From the NCBI GenBank assembly GCA_003009755.1, contig PXUB01000030.1, forward strand, positions 1 through 64,000: 64,000 nt of DNA, in the 5' to 3' direction. Shown piece after piece: positions 49,664-60,213 of the stretch. How positions within the stretch are numbered: position 1 is the stretch's first letter; every line of letters begins with the position of its first letter. Below the pieces are notes generated by a model. That model searched no databases, had not been told where the DNA came from, and was given only the letters and a program-made list of their open reading frames with translations. The stretch comes from Thermoplasmatales archaeon SW_10_69_26. Lineage in GTDB: Archaea; Thermoplasmatota; SW-10-69-26. The position numbers and the translations under genes are program-made.

Positions 49664-50989
49664 ATGGCTGAGCCGAAGATCACGGTCGAGCCCCCGGGAC
49701 CGGAAGCCAGGAAGGTGCTCGAGCGCGACGACGACGCGATCATCACGAACACGCGCACCACGCCCGTCGTCGCCGAGAGCGCCGACGGCTGGCTCGTCGA
49801 GGACGTCGACGGCAACCGCTTCCTCGACTTCTCCAGCGGGATCGCCGTCGTCAACACCGGCCACTGCCACCCCGGCGTGGTCGACGCCGTGCAGGACCAG
49901 GCCGAGGACCTGATGCACTTCGCCGGCACCGACTTCTACTACGACGCCCAGGTCAGCTACGCCGAGCGTCTGACCGAGCTCGCCCCCGTGCCCGACGGCA
50001 AGGTCTTCTACACCAACTCCGGGACCGAGGGCACCGAGGCCTCGATGAAGCTGGCCCGCCACAACACCGGCCGGCCCGGCTTCCTGGCCTTCCGGCAATG
50101 CTTCCACGGTCGCACGTTCGGCTCGCTGAGCCTGACGGCGAGCAAGGCCGAGCAGCGCCGCGGCTTCCAGCCGTTGCTGGCCGGCGTCTTCCACGTGCCC
50201 TTCCCGAACCCCTACCGCAACCCCTGGGACATCGACGGCTACGCAGAGCCCGACGAGCTCACCAACCGCGTCCTCGACCGCGTCGAGGAGCTGTTCGAGG
50301 GCCTGGCTCCGCCCGAGGACATCGCCGCCTTCTTCGCCGAACCGATCCAGGGCGAAGGCGGCTACGTCATGCCGCCGGAGGGCTTCTTCGGCCGGCTCGC
50401 GTCCCTGCTCGACGAGCACGGGATCTTGCTCGGCATCGACGAGGTGCAGACCGGCTTCGGCCGCACCGGCGAGCTGTTCGCCGCCGACCTCTTCGACGTC
50501 GAACCCGACCTCATCTGGCTGGCCAAGGGCATCGCCTCCGGCCTGCCGATGGGCGCCGTCGTCGCCCGCGAGGAGCTGGACTTCCCCTACAAGGGCGCCC
50601 ACTCCAACACCTACGGCGGCAACCTCGTCGCCCTCTCGGCCGCCGAGGCCACCCTCGACGCCATCGAGGACGAGGACATGCTCGCCAACACCCGCGAGGT
50701 CGGCGACCACATGCGCGAGCGCCTCGAGGAGATCCAGGCCAAACACGAACCCATCGGCGACGTCCGCGGCGTCGGCCTCATGCAGGCCATCGACCTCGTC
50801 CAGGACCACGAGACGAGGGAACCGGCCAACCAGCTGCAAGGCAAGGTCGTGCAGGGCATGTTCAAGCGCGGCGTGCTCGTGCTACCCTGCGGGTCCAGCT
50901 CGATCCGGTTCATCCCACCCCTGAACGTCGACCGGTCCTCGGTGGACGCGGCCGTCGAGGTGCTTGAGGAAACCTTGAAGGCGGTGTGA
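49664..50989 (+). CDS. Class III PLP aminotransferase (acetylornithine/4-aminobutyrate family)
   Basis: NSGTE, FHGRT, EPIQGEGG, DEVQTGFGRTG, AKGIASG. Confidence 0.93.
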   Translation: MAEPKITVEPPGPEARKVLERDDDAIITNTRTTPVVAESADGWLVEDVDGNRFLDFSSGIAVVNTGHCHPGVVDAVQDQAEDLMHFAGTDFYYDAQVSYAERLTELAPVPDGKVFYTNSGTEGTEASMKLARHNTGRPGFLAFRQCFHGRTFGSLSLTASKAEQRRGFQPLLAGVFHVPFPNPYRNPWDIDGYAEPDELTNRVLDRVEELFEGLAPPEDIAAFFAEPIQGEGGYVMPPEGFFGRLASLLDEHGILLGIDEVQTGFGRTGELFAADLFDVEPDLIWLAKGIASGLPMGAVVAREELDFPYKGAHSNTYGGNLVALSAAEATLDAIEDEDMLANTREVGDHMRERLEEIQAKHEPIGDVRGVGLMQAIDLVQDHETREPANQLQGKVVQGMFKRGVLVLPCGSSSIRFIPPLNVDRSSVDAAVEVLEETLKAV

Positions 50990-51001
50990 GGTCCCCCACC
51001 C

Positions 51002-53608
51002 ATGGTGTCCGTCCCCGCTCGCCGCCTGCTGCTGGTCGTCGCGGTCCTCCTCGTGGTCGTGCCGGCCGTCGACGCCGTGCGCGTGCTCGACAGCCCCGGC
51101 CAGCTGCCGGACCGCGTCCACGGCTACGGCACCGCGCAGATCGACGACGAAAGCTACCTCGTCGGCGGCGGGCGCGGGCAAGGCTACATCGACGAGATCA
51201 CGCTCCTCCGCGCGGACGGGACCGCCGATACGGTCGCCAGCCTGCCCACCGCGCTGAAATCCCCGGCCGCAGCCGCCCACGAGGGCCAGGTGTACGTCTT
51301 CGGCGGCGCCCAAGCCTCCGCCAGCGACGACCTGCCGGAGACGACGAGCGCGATCCACCGCTTCGATCCGCAGACCGGCGAGGCGACCCGGATCACGGGC
51401 GTCTCCCTGCCCGACCCCGTCGCCGCCGCCTCCGCGGTGACGATCGACGACCGGATCTACGTGCTCGGCGGGCTCTCGATCCAACCCAACGAGGACCCGC
51501 AGGTCGACTTCCACCCGTGGGTGGCAGCCTTCGACCCCGAGCAGGAGACGATCACCCAACTCGACGCCGAGCTGCCCACCGGACGGGCCCAGGCCAGCGC
51601 CCTCGCCGTCGACGGCGAGATCGTGTACCTGGGCGGCCACGCGGAGGCCGGCGAGGACACCTGCCCCGGGCAAGCTTCCACCTGCTTCGTGCCCGACGTC
51701 CTCACGCTCGACCCCGAGGCCGACACCCTCACGAAGATCGGCGAGCTGGACGAGCCGCTGCGCTGGACGGCCGCCATCGAGCACGAGGGCACCGCCTACG
51801 TCCTGGGCGGTTGCAGCGCCAACTGCGATCCCCACCGCGGCTCGGCCGCGATCCAGACCGTCGATCCCGCGACGGGCGAGACCGCGACCCTGCCGGTCAC
51901 GATGCCGCTCACCGGCGGCCGCAACGGCGCCTTCCTCCACGGTGACGAAGCCTGGGTCCCCGGCGGCGTGCGCGCCACCCAGAACGGCACCGAGGACCAC
52001 GCCACCGTCCTCCGCGTCGAGCTGGGGCCGACCCGGTCGTGGGCACCCACGAACCTCTCCGCCGAGGCCGTGCCCGGCGGCATCCGCCTCGACTGGGAGC
52101 CCCCCGAGTACGACGGCGGCAGCCCCGTCGAGGGCTACATCGTCGAGCGCTCGCGCGGGGCCCGCGAACCCGTGCGCCTCGACGCTGTCTCCGACACCCG
52201 GTTCCGCGACACCAACGCCAGCCAGGGCACCACCTACACCTACCAGATCCGCGCCGAGAACCCCCACGGGGTCAGCGCCCCCAGCGGCGGCGTGGACGTG
52301 CGAGCCACCCAGACGCCCCAGGCGCCGGCCGTGACCGCCCAAGGGGGCGACGGGAAGCTCGTCGTGCAGTGGAGCCCGCCCGACGACACCGGCGGCCTCG
52401 ACATCGAGTCCTACCGCGTGTTCGCCTACGCCCCCGACAGCGATGCCGACCTCGAACGCTGTGCCTCCGCCTGCTGGGGCACCGTCTCCGAGTCCGCCAC
52501 GCGCGCCTCGATCACCTCCGTCCAGGACGAACCGGTCGAGAACGGCGCCACCTACGAGATCCGGGTCCAAGCCCGCAACGGGAACGGGTGGGGTCAACCC
52601 TCCGATCCCCAGCAGGTCCAACCCCGTCCCGTGCCCGAGGCGCCCACCGAGCTGACGGCGCGGGCCGACGAGGGCTCGGGCCAGGTCGAGCTCGGCTGGC
52701 AACCGCCCGCGGAGGACGTCGACGGCTACGCCGTCTACCGCGGGCCGGCGCTCGACGAGCTCGAGCTGTTGACCCGCTCCAGCGACACCGAGCACACCGA
52801 CGGCGACGGCGTTCCCCGCGGCCAGACGGTCGTGTACGCCGTGGCGGCTCGCAACGGCGACGCCGAGAGCCCGCTCGGCCAGCCCGCGCGCGCCGTGTTC
52901 GCGACGCCGCCGGGCGAGGTGGCCGATCTCTCGGCGCGCTGGACCGGCTCCCACGTCCACGTCTCGTGGTCCCCGCCGAACGAGACCGGCGGCGAACCGC
53001 TGCAGGCCTACGAGGTCGCCCGCACCCGCGGCGCCATGGACCCCGAGGAGGCCGACGCCGAGATCCAGCGCACCGCCGTGGAGCGCTACCGGGACAGCAA
53101 CCCGCCGCGCGGCAAGCCCGTGTCCTACCACGTGCGCGCCGTGACCGACGCCGGCGAGGGGCCCTGGGAGTTCCGCCAGGTCCGCGTCCCGCTGACGCAG
53201 GACAGCCGCCCGCCGGTGCCGGCGCTGGCCGCCCACCCCGGCCAGGTCGACGTCGGCGGCCGGGTCGTGTTCGACGCCAGCGGGAGCCAGGACGACGAGG
53301 GCATCGTCGCCTACAACTTCACGTTCGGCGACGGCGACGGCACCGGCTGGCGCTCGAGCCCCCGCGTGACGTACAACTACGAGGAGCAGGGCGTCTACGA
53401 GGCCACCGTCACCGTGCGGGACGCCAGCGGGCTGCAGGCCGCCAGCCAGGCCACGATCGCCGTCGGCCCGCCGGAGGACGATGGATCCCAGGAGCCCGTC
53501 GGCGGCGACGTCAACCAGACGGTCGGCGAGACCGACGACGCGCCGATCCCGGCGCTGGCGGCGTTGCTCGGCTTGGCCGCGGCCGCGCGGCTGGCTCGCC
53601 GGTCGTGA
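51002..53608 (+). CDS. Surface protein with Kelch propeller, four FN3 domains, PKD and C-terminal anchor
   Basis: YVFGG/YVLGG Kelch repeats; WxPP..GG FN3 repeats; FDASGS/FGDG PKD; TM plus RR. Confidence 0.9.
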   Translation: MVSVPARRLLLVVAVLLVVVPAVDAVRVLDSPGQLPDRVHGYGTAQIDDESYLVGGGRGQGYIDEITLLRADGTADTVASLPTALKSPAAAAHEGQVYVFGGAQASASDDLPETTSAIHRFDPQTGEATRITGVSLPDPVAAASAVTIDDRIYVLGGLSIQPNEDPQVDFHPWVAAFDPEQETITQLDAELPTGRAQASALAVDGEIVYLGGHAEAGEDTCPGQASTCFVPDVLTLDPEADTLTKIGELDEPLRWTAAIEHEGTAYVLGGCSANCDPHRGSAAIQTVDPATGETATLPVTMPLTGGRNGAFLHGDEAWVPGGVRATQNGTEDHATVLRVELGPTRSWAPTNLSAEAVPGGIRLDWEPPEYDGGSPVEGYIVERSRGAREPVRLDAVSDTRFRDTNASQGTTYTYQIRAENPHGVSAPSGGVDVRATQTPQAPAVTAQGGDGKLVVQWSPPDDTGGLDIESYRVFAYAPDSDADLERCASACWGTVSESATRASITSVQDEPVENGATYEIRVQARNGNGWGQPSDPQQVQPRPVPEAPTELTARADEGSGQVELGWQPPAEDVDGYAVYRGPALDELELLTRSSDTEHTDGDGVPRGQTVVYAVAARNGDAESPLGQPARAVFATPPGEVADLSARWTGSHVHVSWSPPNETGGEPLQAYEVARTRGAMDPEEADAEIQRTAVERYRDSNPPRGKPVSYHVRAVTDAGEGPWEFRQVRVPLTQDSRPPVPALAAHPGQVDVGGRVVFDASGSQDDEGIVAYNFTFGDGDGTGWRSSPRVTYNYEEQGVYEATVTVRDASGLQAASQATIAVGPPEDDGSQEPVGGDVNQTVGETDDAPIPALAALLGLAAAARLARRS

Positions 53609-53617
53609 CCTCGGTCC

Positions 53618-55561
53618 TCAGGCGAGCTCGTCGAAGCCGATCTCGCCCTCGATGTAGGATGCCAGGTTCCCAGCCAGCGCGTCCACCGGCACCCGGACCT
53701 GCTCGGTCGAGTCCCGGTCGCGCACCGTGACCTCGCCCTCCTCGAGCGTCTCGTGGTCCACGGTCACGCACACCGGCGTGCCCGCCTCGTCCATGCGAGC
53801 ATACCGGCGCCCGATCGAGCCGCCCTCGTCGTAGTTGGTGACCAGGCCCGCCCGCTTGAGCTCGGTCTCAATCTCGCGGGCGCGCTCGGGCAGCCCGTCC
53901 TTGCTGACGAGCGGGAACACGCCCACGTCCAAGGGGGACAGCTCGCGCGGCAGGGACAGCGTGTCCACGTCGCCGGTCGTGTCCCAGTTGTGCTCGAGCA
54001 CCGCGTACAGGATCCGGTCGACGCCGTAGGAGGGCTCGATGACGTGCGGGAACACCCACTCGCCCTCCTGGCGATCGGTCTCCTCGACGAGCTCGTAGGC
54101 CTCGGCGGGCACCTCGATGTCCTCGCCGTCGACCTCGACCGTGACGGCCTGGCTGGGGTCCACGCCGTCGGCATCGCGCTTGCGCAGCGCCTCGGCCACG
54201 GTGCCGGCCTGGCCCTTGAACTCGGGGCCGAGCAGGCTCATGTCCGGTTCCAGCCGGGAGATCTCGCGCTCGATCGCCTCCTCGAAGCGGCGGAACACCT
54301 TCATCCGCTCGCCGCTCTCCCGCTCGTGGCTTTCGAGGTCGTAGCAGCCGCGGTCGGCGATGCCGACGCACTCGACCCAGCCGTACCGAGCGGACGCGAA
54401 CTCGGCGTCCCAGCAATCCGTCGCGTAGTGTGCCATCTCGTCGGACTCGTGCTGGCGGAACCGCAGCCGCTCGCGGTCGACGCCGGCGTCGGTGAGCACC
54501 TGCTGGGTGCGACCGACGAAGTAGGCCACCATCTCGTTCGCGATCGTGCCCGCCTCGACGGCCTCCGCCAGCGTCGTCGTCACCGGCTCGCCCTCGGCCG
54601 GCACGAGATCGACCTCCAGGCCCGCCACGTGGTCGAAGTCGTCGTGGGTCTTGTCGTCGGGATCCACGAACACCTCGGCCTCGGCCTGCCAGAACTCCCG
54701 CAGACGGACCAGACCCTGGCGGGGCGAGATCTCGTTCCGGTAGGCCCGACCGATCTGGACGGCGCCGAAGGGCACCTGCTCGCGAGCGTACCGGTACAAC
54801 CACTGCGAGTTGACGAACAGGCCCTGGGCGGTCTCGGGCCGCAGGAAGCCGCTGTCGCCGTCGCCGGGCCCGATCCGGGTGCTGAACATCAGGTTGAACG
54901 GGCCCACCTCGGCCGTGCCGGGGGACACGGTCTCCTCGCAGCCCAGGCAGGTCAACCGCTCGTCGAGAACGATCTCGCCGGCGGCGTCCTCCACGCGGAT
55001 CCCGCCGGGGCGGACGCCGATCTCGTGGTCGTCGGCCTGCCAGGTAAGCTGCTGGGTGCCCTCGTCGAACTGCGGGTGTTCGCCGCTGAGCAGGGCCTCG
55101 ATGTCCTCGGGGCCCGGTTCACGCTCGGCGGCCTCGATGATCGAGTGCACCTTCCGGTGCACCTCCTCGTAGAGCTTGGTCCACCCGTGCTCGTCGGCGA
55201 CGGGCTCGAGCTGCTCGACGACGCGCATCCACTCCTCCTCGAGGTAGTGGTCGCCGCGGAAGGCCGTCCCGCACGACAGGCACTCGACGAGGGTGTCGTC
55301 GAACTGGTCGAGGTGGCCGCTGGCTTCGAACACGGCCTCGGGGGCGACGGTCGGGGTGGAGACCTCGCCGAAGCCCTCCTCGACGACGTAGTACTGCCGC
55401 CAGAGATCCTCGAAGTTGCGCTTGAGGCCCTGGCCGAGGGGACCGTAGTCGTAGAGGCCGGCGACGCCTCCGTACAGGTCGTAGGCGGGCTTGAGGAAGC
55501 CGCGCCGCTTCAGCATCGCCATCAGCTCGACGGTCTCCTCGGGTGGGTCCTCGTCGGCCAT
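53618..55561 (-). CDS. glyS: Glycine--tRNA ligase (archaeal/eukaryotic alpha2 type)
   Basis: YDYGPLG, LRPETAQG, RNEISPRQGLVRLREF, HVIEPSYG, GSIGRRYARMDE. Confidence 0.97.
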   Translation of the reverse strand: MADEDPPEETVELMAMLKRRGFLKPAYDLYGGVAGLYDYGPLGQGLKRNFEDLWRQYYVVEEGFGEVSTPTVAPEAVFEASGHLDQFDDTLVECLSCGTAFRGDHYLEEEWMRVVEQLEPVADEHGWTKLYEEVHRKVHSIIEAAEREPGPEDIEALLSGEHPQFDEGTQQLTWQADDHEIGVRPGGIRVEDAAGEIVLDERLTCLGCEETVSPGTAEVGPFNLMFSTRIGPGDGDSGFLRPETAQGLFVNSQWLYRYAREQVPFGAVQIGRAYRNEISPRQGLVRLREFWQAEAEVFVDPDDKTHDDFDHVAGLEVDLVPAEGEPVTTTLAEAVEAGTIANEMVAYFVGRTQQVLTDAGVDRERLRFRQHESDEMAHYATDCWDAEFASARYGWVECVGIADRGCYDLESHERESGERMKVFRRFEEAIEREISRLEPDMSLLGPEFKGQAGTVAEALRKRDADGVDPSQAVTVEVDGEDIEVPAEAYELVEETDRQEGEWVFPHVIEPSYGVDRILYAVLEHNWDTTGDVDTLSLPRELSPLDVGVFPLVSKDGLPERAREIETELKRAGLVTNYDEGGSIGRRYARMDEAGTPVCVTVDHETLEEGEVTVRDRDSTEQVRVPVDALAGNLASYIEGEIGFDELA

Positions 55562-55725
55562 CGAAGGCGCGATGCGACCGCTTGGAAAAAGGGTTGCGTC
55601 CTCGGCGGGGGGACAAGTGATGGATGGGGGCCGGGCGGGCCACAGGGGTGGTCGGTCGTCGAACCAGGGGTGAGTGGGCTGGGGGCCCGGCGCCCGACCC
55701 CGGGGATGAGCGGGAAGCGGGCGCC

Positions 55726-55830
55726 TCAGTCGAACTTGTAGGCGCTGCCGACGTTCATCGGTTCCTTGGCGATCGTGGACATGATGCTGGCCACGCGGAC
55801 GAGACCTTCGAGGTTCATCTTCTCGGACAC
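55726..55830 (-). CDS. 34-aa small protein
   Basis: MSEKMNLEGLVRVASIMSTIAKEPMNVGSAYKFD; nearly all codons end in G/C; TCATAA about 35 nt upstream. Confidence 0.55.
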   Translation of the reverse strand: MSEKMNLEGLVRVASIMSTIAKEPMNVGSAYKFD

Positions 55831-55998
55831 GGGGATCGACCTACCCCATGCTCCCTCAGGGGGGTTATGAACGAGATGTGGTACAGCCGTTGAACAGGGG
55901 GAGGCCGGGGCGGAGACGGAGGGCTCTGTGACCTCTCGTTCCTCTCCCCTCCTCTGCTTGGGCGAGGTTTTTAGCCCCGAGCCGGTTAGCTGGCTTCG

Positions 55999-56655
55999 AT
56001 GGCCGGCCAGGAGGACGTCGAGCAGTTCCTCTGGGACCTCGAGCGGGAGCTGGCGCACCTCGACGGGGAGGAGCGACAGGAGCTGGTCAAGGAGGCCGAG
56101 GATCGGCTGCACGAGGTCGCCACGGCGATCGCCGAGGGCGAGGACGCCGACCGCGTCCGCTGGTTCCACTACGTGCAAGCCACGGCCGAGATCGGCCCGC
56201 CCGAGCGCCTGGCGGCCGAGCTCACCGGCGAACCGCTGCCGGACGACAGCCAGCGCCACGTCAAGCTCTGGGCGGCCGCCGGCGCGCTGGTCCTCGCCGT
56301 CGTCGGCATCGCCGCCTTCGCTTGGTTCACCACGGGAACGCTCGTCCCGCTCGACGACTGGAGCGGGCAGGGCGAGGACCTGACCGAGCGCCGGACGTTC
56401 ACGTTCGACGTGGCTCCCGAGGCGGACTCGGTGTTCCTCAGCCTCTCGTTCACGCCCACGCGCGACGGATCTACCGCCCAAATCACGGTGCTGGACGGTG
56501 ACGCCGACGTCGTCTACGAGGCCGAAGCCTCGACCCAGCGCCAGATCCAGGACTCCGAGTTCCTGCAGGGGAGCTCGGGGACGTGGCGCGTGATCGTCGA
56601 CTTCCAGTCCTACCACGGCCCCTGGAGCCTCGAAGCCCAACAGGAGATCGACTGA
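55999..56655 (+). CDS. HAAS-like signalling domain membrane protein with extracellular beta domain
   Basis: FLWDLERELAHL..EERQELVKE..DRL, IGPPERLAAEL; single TM. Confidence 0.72.
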   Translation: MAGQEDVEQFLWDLERELAHLDGEERQELVKEAEDRLHEVATAIAEGEDADRVRWFHYVQATAEIGPPERLAAELTGEPLPDDSQRHVKLWAAAGALVLAVVGIAAFAWFTTGTLVPLDDWSGQGEDLTERRTFTFDVAPEADSVFLSLSFTPTRDGSTAQITVLDGDADVVYEAEASTQRQIQDSEFLQGSSGTWRVIVDFQSYHGPWSLEAQQEID

Positions 56656-56793
56656 TCTGGGGGGACTGGGGGAGCCCGGGACCGGGGGGAGCGGGGGAGC
56701 CTCCCCGGGGCGACAACCTAGGCCGTGGGCAACGCTTAATAGGGGGGACTTGGAGAGCTACGTTCGTCGCCGAAGGGGCGGCGGTGAGCGGCC

Positions 56794-56991
56794 ATGTACA
56801 TCGAACCAGAGAAAGACGAGGACGAACAAGAGATCCGCGAGATGAAGGTCCGTATCCCCAGTGACTTCTACATGAAGCTTCACTCGCTGAAGCTTCTGAC
56901 TGGGAAACAGATCTCCGAGGCGGTGACCGAAGCTCTCGACATGTACTTCACCGAGGAGAGCTTCAACAAGCGGGTCGAGAAGAACTCCTAG
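56794..56991 (+). CDS. Small ribbon-helix-helix DNA-binding protein
   Basis: MKVRIP strand followed by two helices (KLHSLK, ISEAVTEALDMYF). Confidence 0.7.
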   Translation: MYIEPEKDEDEQEIREMKVRIPSDFYMKLHSLKLLTGKQISEAVTEALDMYFTEESFNKRVEKNS

Positions 56992-57174
56992 CTCCGGGTG
57001 CAGCATGGGCTCCGGCAGGGGTGGCGGAGCCGACCACGGCGATCCGGGGACGAGACCGAACGCGTGACGCCGGTCCCCAGGGGCCGCGTCCTGTTCCTTT
57101 CCTCTTCCGAGCCGCGGCAAGCCACGGCTCAATCGCTGGCAGCGTCGGCGTCCACTTCGACGGTGAGCGTCGCG

Positions 57175-58100
57175 TTGCCGGGTGCATCGTGCCCGAGGAC
57201 ATGCCAGCCTTGCGTGAGGAGCTGGGCTATGCCTCCGTCGACCAGCCCGATCTCGTCGTCAAGGCTCGGGCATCCACGCAGACGCCCACCGTCGACGAAG
57301 CGGTCGAGCTCACGGCCGAGACCGAGGGCCTGCCGATCGATGCCGCCGAGATCACATGGGACGTCAATGGGACCACGCACGAGGGCCCCGCCGTCGAGAC
57401 GAGCTTCGCCGACGCCGGCGCGCACCCGGTCACCGTGGAGGCCTCGGGCCCTAACGGGACGCAGGCGACCGACGCCATCGAGATCCAGGTCCAAGCCAAC
57501 CAGCCGCCCGAGGCCGCCGTGAGCATCGACGCCGAGCAGCTGCAAGCCGGGGAGACCGTCGCGATCCGCGCCGAGGCGTCCACCGATCCCGACGGCGACG
57601 AGCTCACCTACGAGTGGCGGGTCGACGACGAACCCGTCGACGCCGGCCCGGTCCTCGAGACCAAGCTCCGCGCCGGCCCCCACATCGTAGCGGTGACGGT
57701 CACCGACGGCTACGCCGAGGACACCGCCGAGCGAACGTTCGCCGTCGACGATCGGTTCCGCCACCAGGCCAACCTGTCGCTGACGGACAGCTCCACGCAG
57801 TTCCCCGTCTCCGTCGCCGACGGTCTCGCCGAGGCCGAGATCACCCTCACCCACTCGACGACGCAGGGGGCGGACACCGTCAACCTCACGCTGCAGGACG
57901 ACGACGGGGCGGCGATCGCCAACGTCGTCACCGATCCCGAACCCGGCAGCGACGAGGCCCGGGCCCAGCTCGTGCTCGATGGGGGCCAGCTCGCCGCCGA
58001 ACCGCACACCCTGATCGTCGAGCTCGACCAGGGCTCGGAAACGATGGCCACCATCGAAGGAGTTTTCACCTACTCGCCGTTACCCTCGACTCCCGGATAG
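57175..58100 (+). CDS. PKD-domain lipoprotein, N-terminus uncertain or frameshifted
   Basis: AGC lipobox at about 57177 lacks an in-frame signal peptide; ASTDPDGDELTYEW PKD domains. Confidence 0.65.
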
Positions 58101-58112
58101 GCAGGTGGCCTC

Positions 58113-60152
58113 TTGGCCTCCGACGAGGACGAGGACATCGACGACGTCGACGAGGAGCTCGCCCGCATCGAGGAGCAACTGCAGGAGCTCGATCGGAAGG
58201 CGAGCCCGGAGGCTCCGGACCCCGAGCCCGAGGACGTCGACGCTCCCGCCCCCGAGGAAGCCTTCGAGGGCGAACCCGACGTCGACGAGGACGACGGCCG
58301 CCTGTCCCAGCTTTTCGACCGCTTCCGCGCCGACGACGACGAGCCCACCGACGAGACGTCGGGGGACGCCGACGAGGGGGATGGCGGCGGGCTCGGTTTC
58401 TTCTCCGACGACGAGGACACCGACCCCGACGAGACCGACGACTCGCCCACCGACGAGGCCTCCCCGGCCGACACCGACACGGTGCCCGACGAGGACGGCT
58501 CCCGGCAGACCGAGGACCCGGTCGTCGACGACGATCCCCGCGGGGACGCCAGCGAGGAGCCTGTCGACGAACCCGACGAGGAGCCGGGCTCCGCGGACGA
58601 GATCGACGAGGCCGACGACACCGGGACCGACGAGGAGGACGCCGACGACGACGGCTTCCTCGGTGGCCTGACCTCCCGCTTCGCCTCGGACGAGGAACCC
58701 GAGGACGAGCAAGCCGAGGTCGAAGACGCCGAAGCCGACGGGACCGACGCCGACGACGAAGCGGACGATGGGTCCACCGGCCCCTTCGGCCTCCTCTCCG
58801 GCTCCGACGACGAGAACGAGGACGAGGAGACCGAACGCGACGAGCCGGCCGAGAACCCCGAGCCGTCCGACGACGCCAACGAAGACGACGAGGCGACCGT
58901 GGCCCCCGCGGCCGCCACGGCCGGCGACGCCGAGGACGACCCAACCGACGATGGTGCCGACCCCCCCGAGGAGCCGGCCACCGCCGCCTCCGAGGACGAG
59001 GAGGACGAGAAGCCACGGGCCTCCGCCCTCCTGGCTCGCTTCCAAGGCGGCTCGGGCGACCCCGACGATCCCGCGGCCGAGGACGAGGACGACGACGATG
59101 GTGGCGGGATCCTCGTCCCCGCCCTGATCGCCATCCTGCTGCTGGCCGGCTTGGCCGCCGGCGCCTACTTCCTGGTTCCCGGATCCTCGACCGGCGACGA
59201 CCTCGACGCCGCGCTGGTCGCCGACTCCTTCACCGACGACGGCGGCAGCTACGTCGCCACCACCGGCGAGCCGATCACGCTCGACGCCACCGCCAGCACA
59301 GGCTCGATCGACAGCTACGTCTGGAGCTTCGGCGACGGCAGCGAGGAGACGACGAACGAGCCCACCGTCGAACACACCTACCGGGAGCGCGGCACGTACA
59401 CGGTCGAGCTCGCCGTCGAGAACGGCGACGGTCAGGCCGAGACCACGATCGAGGTGACGGTCGTCGACCCGCCGAGCGCCACGGCCAGCGCCCGCCTCGG
59501 CGGCGAGGCCGTCGCCGAGCCCGGCACGGTCGGCAACAACGTGTTCGTCGGCGACGGCCTCACCCTCGATGCCAGCGCCTCCAGCGCCGATCCCGACCGG
59601 TCGCTGTCCGGCTACGAGTGGGACGTCGACGGCGACGGCGAGACCGACGCCAACGGCCCCAACGTCGAAGTCACCCTGGACGATGTGGGCCGCTGGACGC
59701 CGACCCTCACCGTCCGCGACGACCTCGGCAACGAGGACACGACGAGCCTGCCGGTGCACGTCTCCGACCGACGCACCCTCGAGGACACGCTGGGCCCCAG
59801 CTCCACCGAGGCCGACACCGACTCCTACCCCCTCCAGGTCGATCTCGGCCGGCAACAGGCCCGCCCGATCCAGCTCGGGCTCGAGCTCACCTACAACGCC
59901 TCCGGCAACGACACCGGCGACGTCCCCGTCCAACCGATGGTCGAGCCGGATCTGGACCTCAACGTCACCGACCCCGAGGGGACCGTCTTCCAGGCCGACG
60001 ACGACGAGGGCGAGGGCGCCGAGTCCCTGACCGTCGCCGGCGAGGATCTGGCCAACCTCGGCGAGTGGAACGTCACCGTCGCCCAAGACAGCCAGAACGC
60101 CGGCACGGCCAGCGAGGCCGAGTACGAGCTGACGATCCGCCGCCTGTACTGA
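58113..60152 (+). CDS. Membrane protein with long acidic disordered N-terminus, single TM and PKD domains
   Basis: About 330 aa D/E-rich region, one TM, WSFGDG and WDVDGDG PKD domains. Confidence 0.85.
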   Translation: MASDEDEDIDDVDEELARIEEQLQELDRKASPEAPDPEPEDVDAPAPEEAFEGEPDVDEDDGRLSQLFDRFRADDDEPTDETSGDADEGDGGGLGFFSDDEDTDPDETDDSPTDEASPADTDTVPDEDGSRQTEDPVVDDDPRGDASEEPVDEPDEEPGSADEIDEADDTGTDEEDADDDGFLGGLTSRFASDEEPEDEQAEVEDAEADGTDADDEADDGSTGPFGLLSGSDDENEDEETERDEPAENPEPSDDANEDDEATVAPAAATAGDAEDDPTDDGADPPEEPATAASEDEEDEKPRASALLARFQGGSGDPDDPAAEDEDDDDGGGILVPALIAILLLAGLAAGAYFLVPGSSTGDDLDAALVADSFTDDGGSYVATTGEPITLDATASTGSIDSYVWSFGDGSEETTNEPTVEHTYRERGTYTVELAVENGDGQAETTIEVTVVDPPSATASARLGGEAVAEPGTVGNNVFVGDGLTLDASASSADPDRSLSGYEWDVDGDGETDANGPNVEVTLDDVGRWTPTLTVRDDLGNEDTTSLPVHVSDRRTLEDTLGPSSTEADTDSYPLQVDLGRQQARPIQLGLELTYNASGNDTGDVPVQPMVEPDLDLNVTDPEGTVFQADDDEGEGAESLTVAGEDLANLGEWNVTVAQDSQNAGTASEAEYELTIRRLY

Positions 60153-60213
60153 GCGGGCCGACGGTCGGCCCTGGCAGTCACCTTCATAGGTGGGGAGTCC
60201 GTGGCCTACCTAG

